Shown piece after piece: positions 49,844 to 59,980 of a DNA stretch of 64,000 bases. The stretch lies in assembly GCA_963783385.1 (NCBI GenBank), contig CAWANJ010000007.1, positions 64,001 through 128,000 on the forward strand, written 5' to 3'. The notes under the pieces are model-generated. The model was not told where the DNA came from, did no database searches, and saw only the letters and a program-made list of their open reading frames with translations. The translations under genes were made by a program, and so were the position numbers. Position 1 is the first letter of the stretch. Every line of letters starts with the position of its first letter. The DNA comes from an uncultured Gemmatimonadales bacterium. Its GTDB lineage: Bacteria; Gemmatimonadota; Gemmatimonadetes; Palauibacterales; Palauibacteraceae.

Positions 49844-51745
49844 GTGTGTCGCGGGGAGCCGGGGCTGGAGTCGGGCCCCGGCTCCGTCGAAGCCCTGGCG
49901 CGGATCGCCCTCCGGGGCGCATGGCCCGGTGAGTCGGAGTTCCCGATGGGCGCCGGCGGCGGCGAGCGCTCCGGCCCGCCCGGAGCGGGGCCGCTCCCGT
50001 CCTGGGTCGGGGGCTTGGCGGCCTGGGCGGAGCGAGGGAGGGGCCGGGCCGGGGTGGACTCCGCGCCGTGCGCGCGGACGGAGGAGCCGCTCCCGTTCCA
50101 GGACATCCTCCTTCCCCTGGTCGAGATCGCCGGTGAGCGCCTGGCGTCGCGCCCCGAGCTTCCGTCGGGCGCCTTCGCACCGAGCGCCCACGCCGACCTG
50201 GAGCGCGGCCTGCTGCTGTGGCTGTGCCAGCTGTGTGGTCCCGCGCTGCTGCATGAGTTCTCGCTGTATCGGCTGACACGCCAGTCGGCGCTCGACAGGA
50301 TCGGGAGCCGTGCGGGGGGGCGAGCCCTGTACGAGTCCTTCGCGCGCGATGTCCTGTGTGGCGACTTGCTCCTCTTGCTGGGCGAGTACGGGGCCCTTGC
50401 GCGACTGGCCACCGTGGTCGTCGACCGCTGGACCGACATGGCCGCCGAGCTGGGCCGCCGCGCGGCCGCGGACCGCGAGCTCCTCGGGCGAGCCTTCACG
50501 CGGGGACGCGATCCGGGGCGGGTCAGCGCCGTACGCTGGCTCTCCATGGACCGCCACGAGGGTGGGCGGGTGATCCTGGCCGTGCGCTTCGAGTCCGGGC
50601 TCCACCTGGTCTACAAGCCGCGGCCGGTGGCGCTGGAACAGCGGTTCTCCGAGCTGGTCGGGTGGCTCGATCGCCGGGGGCGGCTCCGGCCGCGTCTGCG
50701 CGTCGCCCGGGTCGTGCCCCGCGGAGGCTACGGCTGGATGGAGGTGATCCGTCACGCCCCCTGTCGGGACATCGCCGCGGCCGAACGTTTCTACCGGAGG
50801 GCGGGGAGCCTGCTCGCCCTCGTGCACGCCCTGGGCGGCGTCGACTTCCACATGGAGAACCTCATCGCCCACGGGGAGCACCCCGTGCTGGTGGACATGG
50901 AGTCGATCATGTATCCCCGGGCGCTCCCCGCAGCGGTCTCGAGCCCCGAGCCGTCGGACGGGAATCCTCCGGTTGGGCTCACGGACTCGGTCCTGGCCAC
51001 CGACCTCCTGCCGCGCGAGCACGACGCTCGTCCCTTCGCCTGCAGCGGGCTGGCCGGCGGCACGGAATTCGGCTCGGGATCTGTCGAGAGACGGAAATGG
51101 GATGCCGTGAACACCGACGACATGGCCTTGCGCCTGGGGCCGGCGACCGTTCGCCGCCCCGAGAACCTCCCGAGCCTCGGTGGCGAGAGACTCGACCCTT
51201 CGCAGTTCCGGGAAGAGATCGTCGAGGGGTTCTCGTCGACGTACGGAATGCTCGTGGAGACGCGCGAGTCCCTCCTGGCGCCGGACGGCGCGTGGCTCCG
51301 GTTCGCGGGTCTACCCGTACGCTTCGTACCCCGTCCGACGCACGTCTACGGCTGGATCGAGCGCCGGGCCGGGCGTCCCGAATGCCTGTTGAGCGGCGCC
51401 GACCGGGACGCCGAGCTTGACGTCCTGGAGCGTTCCTCCGCGAGTTGGGATCCCCGCCGCCGATCACACTTCGAGCGCCTGGTCGCCTCCGAGCGCAGAG
51501 CGCTCCGGGAGTGGGACATCCCGTGCTTCCGAACGCTCACCGACAGCCGCGACCTGCCGCTGCCGGGTGACGGCCTCCTGAAGGACTTCTTCGAGCAGTC
51601 GGGCTACGAGCGAGCCACCCGACGGCTCCAGCGGATGGACGAGGCGGACCTCGAGGTCCAGGTCGGCCACATCGTCCGCGCCCTCCAGGGTCGGACGCCC
51701 ATCGGTCGACCGTCCGCGCATCAGTCCATCTCGGCGTCGCCGTGA
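49844..51745 (+). CDS. Stand-alone LanM-type dehydratase domain (DUF4135), no LanC cyclase domain
   Basis: GTG 8 nt after GGAGG; DRHEGG, LVYKPR, YGWME, DFHMEN, LVDME, RPTHVY, DIPCF, DLEVQ; stops immediately afterwards. Confidence 0.9.
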   Translation: MCRGEPGLESGPGSVEALARIALRGAWPGESEFPMGAGGGERSGPPGAGPLPSWVGGLAAWAERGRGRAGVDSAPCARTEEPLPFQDILLPLVEIAGERLASRPELPSGAFAPSAHADLERGLLLWLCQLCGPALLHEFSLYRLTRQSALDRIGSRAGGRALYESFARDVLCGDLLLLLGEYGALARLATVVVDRWTDMAAELGRRAAADRELLGRAFTRGRDPGRVSAVRWLSMDRHEGGRVILAVRFESGLHLVYKPRPVALEQRFSELVGWLDRRGRLRPRLRVARVVPRGGYGWMEVIRHAPCRDIAAAERFYRRAGSLLALVHALGGVDFHMENLIAHGEHPVLVDMESIMYPRALPAAVSSPEPSDGNPPVGLTDSVLATDLLPREHDARPFACSGLAGGTEFGSGSVERRKWDAVNTDDMALRLGPATVRRPENLPSLGGERLDPSQFREEIVEGFSSTYGMLVETRESLLAPDGAWLRFAGLPVRFVPRPTHVYGWIERRAGRPECLLSGADRDAELDVLERSSASWDPRRRSHFERLVASERRALREWDIPCFRTLTDSRDLPLPGDGLLKDFFEQSGYERATRRLQRMDEADLEVQVGHIVRALQGRTPIGRPSAHQSISASP

Positions 51746-51746
51746 A

Positions 51747-52304
51747 TCAGGCGCTTCCCATGGCGCCGCCTCCCGCGCCGGAAGCGCCCCCGGACTCACC
51801 GGCCGTCCCGCGCGAGACCGCGATCGCCGGCGCGCTGCACAGCGTCTGGTAGACCACGCAATAGCGTTCGGTGAGGCGCTGGAGGGTGTCGAGCTCCTCC
51901 CCGGAGGCGTCGGTGTCGAGGTCGAAGCGGAGGCGGATGGCCTGGAAGCCCACCGGCGCCTCCCGGTCCACGCCCAGGGTGCCCCGGAAGTCCAGGTCGC
52001 CGTCGGCGTGGACGGTGCCCTCCCGGATCTCGATCCCCAGCGCCGTGGCGACGGCGTTCAGCGTCACGCCGGCGCACGCGGCCAGCGCCTCCAGGAGCAT
52101 GTTGCCGGAGCAGGCGTGCAGGCCGCTGCCTCCGGTGGCCGGGTGGAGTCCTGCCTCCACGAGCGCCCTGCCGGTCTCTACCCGGCAGGTGACGTCCTCG
52201 CCCAGGCGGCCCTCCGCCTCGAGCGTGATGAGCGCGGCCTCCGGCTGGTCGCGGTAGCGCTCCTTGAGGGGCGCCTGCAGGGATCGGAGCTCGTCGGATC
52301 TCAT
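51747..52304 (-). CDS. OsmC family protein
   Basis: AGLHPATGG, ACSGNMLLEALAACAGVT, LDFRGTLG, TERYCVV. Confidence 0.9.
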   Translation of the reverse strand: MRSDELRSLQAPLKERYRDQPEAALITLEAEGRLGEDVTCRVETGRALVEAGLHPATGGSGLHACSGNMLLEALAACAGVTLNAVATALGIEIREGTVHADGDLDFRGTLGVDREAPVGFQAIRLRFDLDTDASGEELDTLQRLTERYCVVYQTLCSAPAIAVSRGTAGESGGASGAGGGAMGSA

Positions 52305-52363
52305 GGCATCAGGTCCGGTCGGGGTTCGAGTGGTTCGGAAGGCGCGCGGTCACGGCGCGTGGC

Positions 52364-52795
52364 TCACCGCGGGCGCCAGTCCTCGGCCTCGCGCGCCGCG
52401 CCCGCCGCCGCCAGCGCCCGCTCGATGCGGCGATCCGGCACCAGCCACATCAGCGCCACGAAGACGTACACCGCATCGGCGATCCAGGGTCGAAGGAACG
52501 CGGCCGGGATCGCGGCGGCGTACAGCACCGGCGACAGCTTCCCCTTGAGGTCCCGGCCCACGGCCGCGGCCAGCACGGAGTCCCGGCCCTGCCCGGCGAG
52601 GATGGCCCCCTGCAGGATCCAGTAGGCGATTGCCGCCATCAGGAGGACGATGCCGTACAGCGCGGTCGGGACGGCCGCGAAGCTGTTCTCGCCCATCCAC
52701 CCGGTGACGAACGGGACGAGGGACAGCCAGAACAGGAGGTGCAGGTTGGCCCACAGCACGCCGCCGCTGAACGCCTGCAACCGGTCAGTGCCCAC
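52364..52795 (-). pseudogene. TMEM175 (DUF1211) K+ channel-like gene with an in-frame internal deletion
   Basis: RLQAFSGGV joined directly to LWANLHLLFWLSLVPF; the usual IAIIITIMVLE...YWxxHH segment is absent. Confidence 0.75.
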
Positions 52796-52823
52796 GAGCC
52801 GGGCTCCGGTTCGTCGGGTTGGC

Positions 52824-53318
52824 TCAAGCGTCCGCGGGGGGCACGGGGATGACGAGCCGCGGGAGGAGGCGAGCCGTGCCGGCCACGGGCGCGGGCACCC
52901 AGCCCATGCGAACGGCTCCCATGCGGACGTAGAAGGACTCGGCGTGAGGATCCGCGTCCACCTGCAGGGTCGGGTATCCCCTCAGCGCCGTCCGCGCCAC
53001 GGCGTGCTCGAGCAGCCTGCGTCCCAGGCCGCGGCCCATGAACCGTGGATCCATCCACAGGTGCTCCAGCGCGGCCCGGTCCCCGAACGCCAGGCAGTAG
53101 AACCCGACGGGCTGGTCGGAGCCGCGCGCCACGAACACCTCGCGGTTCTCGAGGTCGATCCTGGAGAGGGTGAGCTGTGGCCCCCACTCCTGGAGCCAGT
53201 CGGCCGGATAGCCCCAGTGCGCCTTGGAGCGGAGGGCCAGCGCGCTCAGCGCCTGGACCTCGCTCACGCGGGCCGGTCCGATCGTGAACTCCTCGGGTGA
53301 TGGGGTTGAATCGGCCAC
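52824..53318 (-). CDS. GNAT family N-acetyltransferase
   Basis: RSKAHWGY, LEHLWMDP, MGRGLG, DPHAESFY; likely GTG start at 53318. Confidence 0.88.
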   Translation of the reverse strand: MADSTPSPEEFTIGPARVSEVQALSALALRSKAHWGYPADWLQEWGPQLTLSRIDLENREVFVARGSDQPVGFYCLAFGDRAALEHLWMDPRFMGRGLGRRLLEHAVARTALRGYPTLQVDADPHAESFYVRMGAVRMGWVPAPVAGTARLLPRLVIPVPPADA

Positions 53319-53410
53319 CGGGCTTGTTTTCCTCCGGTATCTGGTATACGGTTCTCGTTCGGCGCTTCGCACCTCACACTGCACCTTGTGCCATGGTGGC
53401 CCGGATCTCA

Positions 53411-54040
53411 ATGCCTCGACCTTCCCGTCCACCCGTCGCAGCCATTCCGACGCTGGTCCTCGTGGTCGCTTGCGCGGTGGGACTGACGCTCGCCGACACC
53501 ACGCCTCTGCACGCGCAGCAGCCCTCGGGCAACCCGGCGGATGTGCAGTTCATGTCCGGGATGATCATCCACCACGAGCAGGCCGTTCTCATGGCCGGAT
53601 GGGCGCCGACCCACGGCGCGGGGCCGGCGGTGGCCAGGCTGTGCCGAAAGATCTCCGTCTCCCAGCGCGACGACATCGATCTCATGAAGCGCTGGCTCCA
53701 GGAGCACGGCCATTCGATTCCGGACACGAGCTGGGTGTTCGACTACGAGGGGTCCGGCATGCGGACTCACAAGCTCATGGCCGGGATGCTGACCGCCGAC
53801 CGGCTGGCCGCGCTGGACGCGGCTCGTGGTGAGGAGTTCGACCGCCTGTTCCTCGAGGGCATGATCGGTCATCATGCGGGCGCGGTCACGATGGTCAAGA
53901 ACCTCCTGGCCTCGCCCGGCGGAGCCCAGGACAACTTCGTGTTCGAGTTCGCGACGGACATCAACTCGAGTCAGACGGTCGAGATCCACCTCATGCAGCG
54001 CATGCTGGTGGCGCTGCCGGCCGACGCGACGAAGCCGTAG
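53411..54040 (+). CDS. DUF305 (ferritin-like, CopM-related) exported protein
   Basis: Signal peptide; DVQFMSGMIIHHEQAV and FDRLFLEGMIGHHAGAV. Confidence 0.88.
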   Translation: MPRPSRPPVAAIPTLVLVVACAVGLTLADTTPLHAQQPSGNPADVQFMSGMIIHHEQAVLMAGWAPTHGAGPAVARLCRKISVSQRDDIDLMKRWLQEHGHSIPDTSWVFDYEGSGMRTHKLMAGMLTADRLAALDAARGEEFDRLFLEGMIGHHAGAVTMVKNLLASPGGAQDNFVFEFATDINSSQTVEIHLMQRMLVALPADATKP

Positions 54041-54081
54041 TCGTCCCCGTCGCCACACACCCTTCACGCGGAGAGTTTCCC

Positions 54082-56193
54082 GTGGCTCCTGTCCCAGCCG
54101 TCCCACGCCTTCATGCACGTTGGAGCGTCGCCGCCCGCCGCCTGTGGGCTGTGCCGGCGGCGTTCGCGCTCGCATCTTTCATGGCCTGTGCCTCGTCCGG
54201 GACACAGTCCGACATGAGCGCGTCGCCAGCCGCGAGCGCGGCGCCGGCCGCCGACATGTCCACGTCCCCGCCGAGCCCCGATCCGCGGGTCGGACTGCGC
54301 GCGGGCTGGATGGATGCGGGTCAGGCCATCTGGAACATGCGGCTGGTGTCGGCCACCGAGCCGCCCGACGGGTTCATCGACCGCGACAAGCCCGGCGACT
54401 TCGCCTACATCAACTCCGACCTCGCGTTCACGGGCCACTACGTGGTGCAGGGGAACTTCTGGGGCATCCAGATCTGGGATGTGGCCGACCCCGCGCACCC
54501 GCACGCCGTCACCGCGCTGGTGTGCCCCGGCTCCCAGAACGACGTGTCGGTCTACCGTAACCTCCTGTTCGTGTCGGTCGAGTCACCCGCCGGGCGCGTC
54601 GACTGCGGCACGCAGGGCGTGCAGGACTCGGTGAGCCCGGACCGCATGCGCGGCATCCGGATCTTCGACATCAGCGACGTCGCGCACCCGAAGCAGATCG
54701 CCGACGTGCAGACCTGCCGCGGCTCGCACACCCACACGGTGGTCACCTCCCCGAACGATCCCGACGACGTGTTCATCTACGTCTCGGGCCAGGCTCCCGT
54801 ACGGTCCCCGAGCGAGCTCGATGGCTGCTCGGCGCTGACGCCCGACCAGGATCCGAACAGCGAGCTGTTCCGGATCGAGGTGATCCAGGTGCCGTTGGCG
54901 CACCCCGAGCAGGCGAAGGTGGTGAGCAAGCCGGCCATCCTGGCCGGTCTCACGCACGCCGGGGAGCACGGTCCGGCCGAGGTGGACATCGAGGCCGCCA
55001 GGAAGGCGGCGGCCGACGCACGGGCGCAGGGGAAGTTCACCGTGGAGATCCAGGGGATCGAGCGCGTGCTGCCCGATCGCTACGCCGACCACATGCTGGA
55101 CAGCCTGGTGACCGCTCGCGGCGGCAGTGGCGCGCCCACGACCGCGGACAGCGCCACCCTGCGCGAGCAGGTGCAGGGGATCGTCGACAAGATGATGAAC
55201 CCGCCGGCCGGCCCCGGGGGAGCGCGTCCGGGCCCGGTGCAGTGCCACGACATCACCGTCTACCCGGAGATCGGGTTGGCCGGCGGCGCCTGCGCCGGCT
55301 ACGGCCTGCTGCTCGACATCCGCGACCCGGTGCATCCGCGGCGCCTGGCCGCGGTGGCGGACTCGAACTTCGCGTACTGGCACTCGGCCACCTTCAGCAA
55401 CGATGGCAGCAAGCTCCTGTTCACCGACGAGTGGGGCGGGGGGCTGCAGCCGCGCTGCCGCTCGACGGACAATCCGCACTGGGGCGCGGACGCCATGTTC
55501 CGGCGCGCGGGCGGCTCGCTGGAGTTCGAGGGGTACTACAAGCTGCCCGCCCCGCAGACCTCGCAGGAGAACTGCGTGGCCCACAACGGGTCGCTGGTGC
55601 CGGTGCCGGGCCGCGACATCTTCGTGCAGGCGTGGTACCAGGGCGGCATTTCCGTGGTCGACTGGACCGACCCGGCGCACCCGAAGGAGATCGCCTTCTT
55701 CGACCGGGGACCCATGGACGCGACCAAGCTCGTGGGCGCCGGCTCCTGGTCCGCCTACTGGTACAACGGGCACATCTACAGCTCGGAGATCGCGCGCGGA
55801 CTGGACGTGCTGGACCTCGTGCCGAGCGGGCTCCTGTCGAAGAACGAGATCGAGGCGGCCAGGCAGGTCCGCTTCGACCACCAGAACGTGCAGGACCAGC
55901 AGCGCTTCGTGTGGCCCCGGAGCGTCGCCGTGGCGCGTGCCTACCTGGACCAGCTCGAGCGCTCCCACGGGCTCTCGCCCGACCGTCTCGCGGCGGCGAG
56001 GACGGCCCTGGACCGGGCCGAGGCGCTCACGGGCGCCGAGCGCACCCGGGTGCTGGAGGAACTCTCGCGGCGGATCGACGGGTACGTGGCGAGCGCGCCT
56101 GATGCCGCCAAGGTGAGGCTCCTGGCCGCGGAGGTGCGGCGGGAGGCGGGCGCCGCGGACCGGACCACCGCGGCCAGGAGGGCCGCGAACTAG
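54082..56193 (+). CDS. LVIVD-repeat lipoprotein
   Basis: Lipobox-like FMAC; NSDLAF, GIRIFDI, CRGSHTHT, CHDI, WHSATF, DEWGGG, CVAHN, QAWYQGG. Confidence 0.85.
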   Translation: MAPVPAVPRLHARWSVAARRLWAVPAAFALASFMACASSGTQSDMSASPAASAAPAADMSTSPPSPDPRVGLRAGWMDAGQAIWNMRLVSATEPPDGFIDRDKPGDFAYINSDLAFTGHYVVQGNFWGIQIWDVADPAHPHAVTALVCPGSQNDVSVYRNLLFVSVESPAGRVDCGTQGVQDSVSPDRMRGIRIFDISDVAHPKQIADVQTCRGSHTHTVVTSPNDPDDVFIYVSGQAPVRSPSELDGCSALTPDQDPNSELFRIEVIQVPLAHPEQAKVVSKPAILAGLTHAGEHGPAEVDIEAARKAAADARAQGKFTVEIQGIERVLPDRYADHMLDSLVTARGGSGAPTTADSATLREQVQGIVDKMMNPPAGPGGARPGPVQCHDITVYPEIGLAGGACAGYGLLLDIRDPVHPRRLAAVADSNFAYWHSATFSNDGSKLLFTDEWGGGLQPRCRSTDNPHWGADAMFRRAGGSLEFEGYYKLPAPQTSQENCVAHNGSLVPVPGRDIFVQAWYQGGISVVDWTDPAHPKEIAFFDRGPMDATKLVGAGSWSAYWYNGHIYSSEIARGLDVLDLVPSGLLSKNEIEAARQVRFDHQNVQDQQRFVWPRSVAVARAYLDQLERSHGLSPDRLAAARTALDRAEALTGAERTRVLEELSRRIDGYVASAPDAAKVRLLAAEVRREAGAADRTTAARRAAN

Positions 56194-56331
56194 GCTCCCG
56201 AGGGACCTCGTGGGGACGGGATCCGGCTCAGGCCGGGTCCCGCGAACGGGCGGGCGTGGCGCGGGCCGGCTTCGGCGGGTCCGCGCCACGCCCGTTCGGC
56301 TCTCGGGGAAGAGCCGGAGGCCCCCTCCCGT

Positions 56332-57814
56332 TCAGTCCGTCTTGCCCGTCATCGTGCAGGGCTTGTCGTGCAGGTACTTGGTCGCCTTCTTCTTCCAGAT
56401 CTCCTTCTGTCCCTGGTCGATGGTCAGGCCGAAGAACCCGAGCTTGTAGCCCACCACGGACATGAGCTGCGTCTCGCCCATCTGACACGGGGGGATGTCG
56501 CCCGTCAGTACGGTGCCCGGCTGGAACATGCTCGAGCTGTAGGCCTTGACGGTCACGAACGCCGTCGCCGTGCCGAGGACGGAGAGCTCGATCCTCGGGA
56601 ACTCGATTCCGACCGCGAAGCCGACCGGGTAGTGGCCGGCCGACACCGTCTCCCCGTTCACCCCGATGTTGCTGTCGTGCAGCCCTCCCCACGGCGTCGG
56701 GAGCGTGTTGTTCGTCTCGAAGCCCTGGTCGCTCCTGTAGGTCACCTTCCAGCTGCCGCTGCTGCTCGCGTCGGGCGGGACGAGCTGCGGCACGACCTGC
56801 AGGACGGCCTTCAGGTGGAGAACGGCCACGATGGGTCCGACGTCGAAGGGGATCGGCAGGTCCACCGGGACCTTGAACGCCGTGACCTCCGTCACCCCCT
56901 TCTCGCCCATCGTGAAGGCCGACCACTTGATCTCCATCTGGCCCTGGAGGCCGGTCGTCTTCACGACGATGTGGTCGGGGGTCATTCTGGTCGTAGCTCA
57001 GCAGCGTCTCCTGCGTGAAGTTGCTGATCCATCCGCTGGCGTGGATGGCCATGAACTTCTTGCCGCCGGCCGACCTGGAGGCGACGAGGTCCATGTTCAC
57101 TCGCTTCCCCGTGGGCTGGAGCTTGTACTCCAGGTCCCAGCCCCTGTACTTCTCCTTGAGGGAGAGGCTCGGAGCGCCGCCGGCCGCCAGCGGACGATCC
57201 GGGGCGACGACCAGGGACGCGAAGCGGACGGGTGTGACCGGCGGGACGGCGACCGGCCCCGGTCGCCGCGGATCTCCGACGGGCCCTGGCCGCGGACCGT
57301 CGGCCGGGGCGTGCCACATGGCCTGCTGCATGGCCTCGTAGCTTCCAGGCGGCAGGTGGCCCCAATCGATGGCGTAGTTCCAGGAGATCGTGCCGTTGCG
57401 AATCGCCTCGGCGAGCGTGGCGGGCGCGGTCTGAACGTCGATCTCGCCGCCCTCCGTGCTCACCGCGGAGACCTTCCGGAGCGTCAAGCCGGACAGGAGG
57501 AGCACCTGGCCCGGCTTGAGCCGTTCGACGGCGCCCGTCCCGGCCTTGAACCGGTACACCGTGCTGTCCGAGCCCGGGCCCAGGTAGCTGGACTGCACGG
57601 TCCGACGATCCAGCACGACGGTGTTGTCCGTGTAGGTCACGTCGTAGTGCGTCTCGAGGCCCGGCACGGTCCCCGCCGCCTGATCTCCCGAGCCCTCCCC
57701 GGCAGCTGCCTGCCCGGCGGGTCCGGACTTCCTCTGACGTCCGCACCCGGCGGCAGCGAGCGCGAACAGCAGGACGACGAGCGAGCCGCGCCGCGGCGTG
57801 GCGAGCGGGCGCAT
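56332..57814 (-). CDS. Hypothetical beta-rich lipoprotein; frameshift near 56986
   Basis: Lipobox-like AAGC; coding-like sequence continues into 56332..56985; junction CAG-A-ATG. Confidence 0.7.
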
Positions 57815-57861
57815 GGCAGGCCTCCTTTCGGCGACGTGTGGAAGCGGCACCGTGGGGTCGT

Positions 57862-58443
57862 TCACAGCCGCGACAGCGCGAGGCGCGCGAGGGGCCGGAA
57901 GTTCTTGGCGGCGTGGGGGAGCTCCGCGGTATTGAAGTCGAGCAGCGTGTCGCCCACCAGCACGTACGAGTCCATGATGTCGCTGAACACGGCCAGGTCC
58001 CCGAGCCCCGGGACCGGCCCGGGCACCACGATGCTGTCCGAGTTGACGTCCGGAGACTCCATCATCCGGGCGGCCATCCGGGTGGCGGTCTGGTCGATCT
58101 TCCACTCCTCCCGGCCGCCCTGCCAGTAGACGGTCAGTCCGAAGTAGATTCGGTCGCTCGTCGGGCTCTCGTACCAGCACTCCGACTTCGTCGCCGTGCC
58201 GGGCCTCGGCGTGGCGACGACCGGCTTTCCCACTGCCGCCTGGAGGTCCTTGGCCGTGAGGACGTCACAGGCGCTGCGGAGGGCGCTCGAGGCCGGCGCT
58301 GCGGATGCCGAGGCGTCGGCGGAGGATGCCGAGTCGGAGGAGGCTCGCTCGCTGCCGGAGGAGCCGCACGCGAGGAGGATGGCGCACAGGAGGACGACGG
58401 GGGACTGCCGGAGCACGGCGGGGCACGGCCGGAGCACGGACAT
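57862..58443 (-). CDS. Hypothetical lipoprotein (DUF3558-like)
   Basis: GGAGGG RBS, lipobox LLAC, Ser/Ala linker, ACDVLT...ECWY pattern. Confidence 0.75.
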   Translation of the reverse strand: MSVLRPCPAVLRQSPVVLLCAILLACGSSGSERASSDSASSADASASAAPASSALRSACDVLTAKDLQAAVGKPVVATPRPGTATKSECWYESPTSDRIYFGLTVYWQGGREEWKIDQTATRMAARMMESPDVNSDSIVVPGPVPGLGDLAVFSDIMDSYVLVGDTLLDFNTAELPHAAKNFRPLARLALSRL

Positions 58444-58604
58444 GGCTCCCTCCAGATCGAGGCGAACGGCGAGCGCCGGATGCCGGCTATGGCCGCCGAC
58501 GGGGGCCCGGCCTACCATGAACTGAAATAACTCGTGCCTCCTGGCGGCACCACGGTCGGCTCGCCCGGCCGCGTCCGCCCCCCCGGACCACACGGGAGGA
58601 GCCC

Positions 58605-59913
58605 ATGCGTCATGTCGTGATCGTGATGGTGGCCGCCCTGGCGCTCGGTGCCGGCGTCGCAGCCTGCGGAGGAAGCTCGGAGCCGGCGTCCGGCAGCTCC
58701 TCGCATTCCGGCTGCCGCCTCGTCCGACACGAGCCGGGTGGCCGGGGAGAGTCCGGCGCCCGCTGGGAGCGGCGCGAGCGCGGAGCTGCAGGAGATGCTG
58801 GGCTCGATGGGCTCGGCCATCGACGAGGCGGACGAGTGCGGACTGTGGACCGCGCGGGCACGCCGCCGGGGGACCTTCGCGGACACGGCGTCGAGCCCCA
58901 ACGGACTCCGGATCGAGAAGGGACTCGAGTTCGTGGAGGCCGAGCACATCCACGGTCGCGACTACGAGGCGATCGTGGACGTCGTCGAGGCCGATTCGGA
59001 GGCCGTCACCTTCCGTGCGGTGATCACGCTCCCCGTCTTCGTGGACACCACGGGCCCCCGGGCGTACGAGATCCGGCGCGTGAGGACGGACACGCTGCGG
59101 CGTCACGTGTTTCGCCAGGACCTGGCCACCGCCCGCTGCCTGGGCGCGAACTACGTCACCTTCGCCGGCGAGCTGAACACGATGCCGGGAGCGACGTGGG
59201 AGATCCTGTCCCGGGCACTGTTCTCCGAGCTCGGTGGTCCCCGAGCCGCGGCGTTCGGTCTCGCGAACGAACCCGAGACCGGTCCCAACCCCACCCGGGG
59301 GGTCACCTACGTGGGCACCATGGCGCGCGTCGACAGCGGGCCGCACTCGTACTCCCTCATCCTCGACGATTCGCTCGTCGAGCTGCCCACGGTCGTGGTC
59401 CGGACGGACCTGCAGTACCACGGGGCCCGCCTCGGGCAGCGAGTCGAGATCCTCGACGATCCGCGAATGCCGATCGTCCTTCGTTCGTGCTGCCTGCGGG
59501 GCGGGATGCAGGTCGTGCGCATCTCGCGACCCATGGACCCCGCGCGCATGGAGCGCACGCTGGAGAAGAAGCGCAAGCTGGTGCTGTACAGGGTCCACTT
59601 CCCGTTCGCGAGCGACTCGATTCTGCCCGGGTCCGGACCCGTTCTCGAGGCGATCGCGGGCATCATGCGGAAACACCCCGACTGGCGCATGACCGTCACG
59701 GGACACACGGACTCCATAGGGACCGAAGAGGCCAACCTGGATCTGTCCCGGCGGCGGGCGAGGGCCGTAAAGGCCGCCATGGTGCGCCTCCTCGGGCCGG
59801 CGGCGGCGGCGCGGCTCACGACATCCGGGTCCGGGGAATCGAGACCCCTCGCCGATAACGGCACGCTGGAGGGCCGGGCCGCCAACCGGCGGGTGGAAGT
59901 CCGCCGGGAGTGA
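58605..59913 (+). CDS. OmpA-family peptidoglycan-binding lipoprotein; frameshift near 58710
   Basis: Lipobox VAAC in the 58605 frame; VHFPFAS, GHTD, NLDLSRRRA, NRRVE in the 58648 frame. Confidence 0.85.
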
Positions 59914-59980
59914 GCCGGGCGGATCCGGCCCGGGCCCCGGCGTCCTGTCGCCGGCCCGGGCCGCGGCGCATTTTGGTCGC

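Noticed and set aside
51745-52304. Frameshifted LanC cyclase domain downstream of the dehydratase
   Set aside because: The region is fully occupied by osmC on the opposite strand, with no LanC motifs in the + frames.
52320-52340. GGTTCGA tRNA T-loop-like motif
   Set aside because: No cloverleaf can be folded around it.
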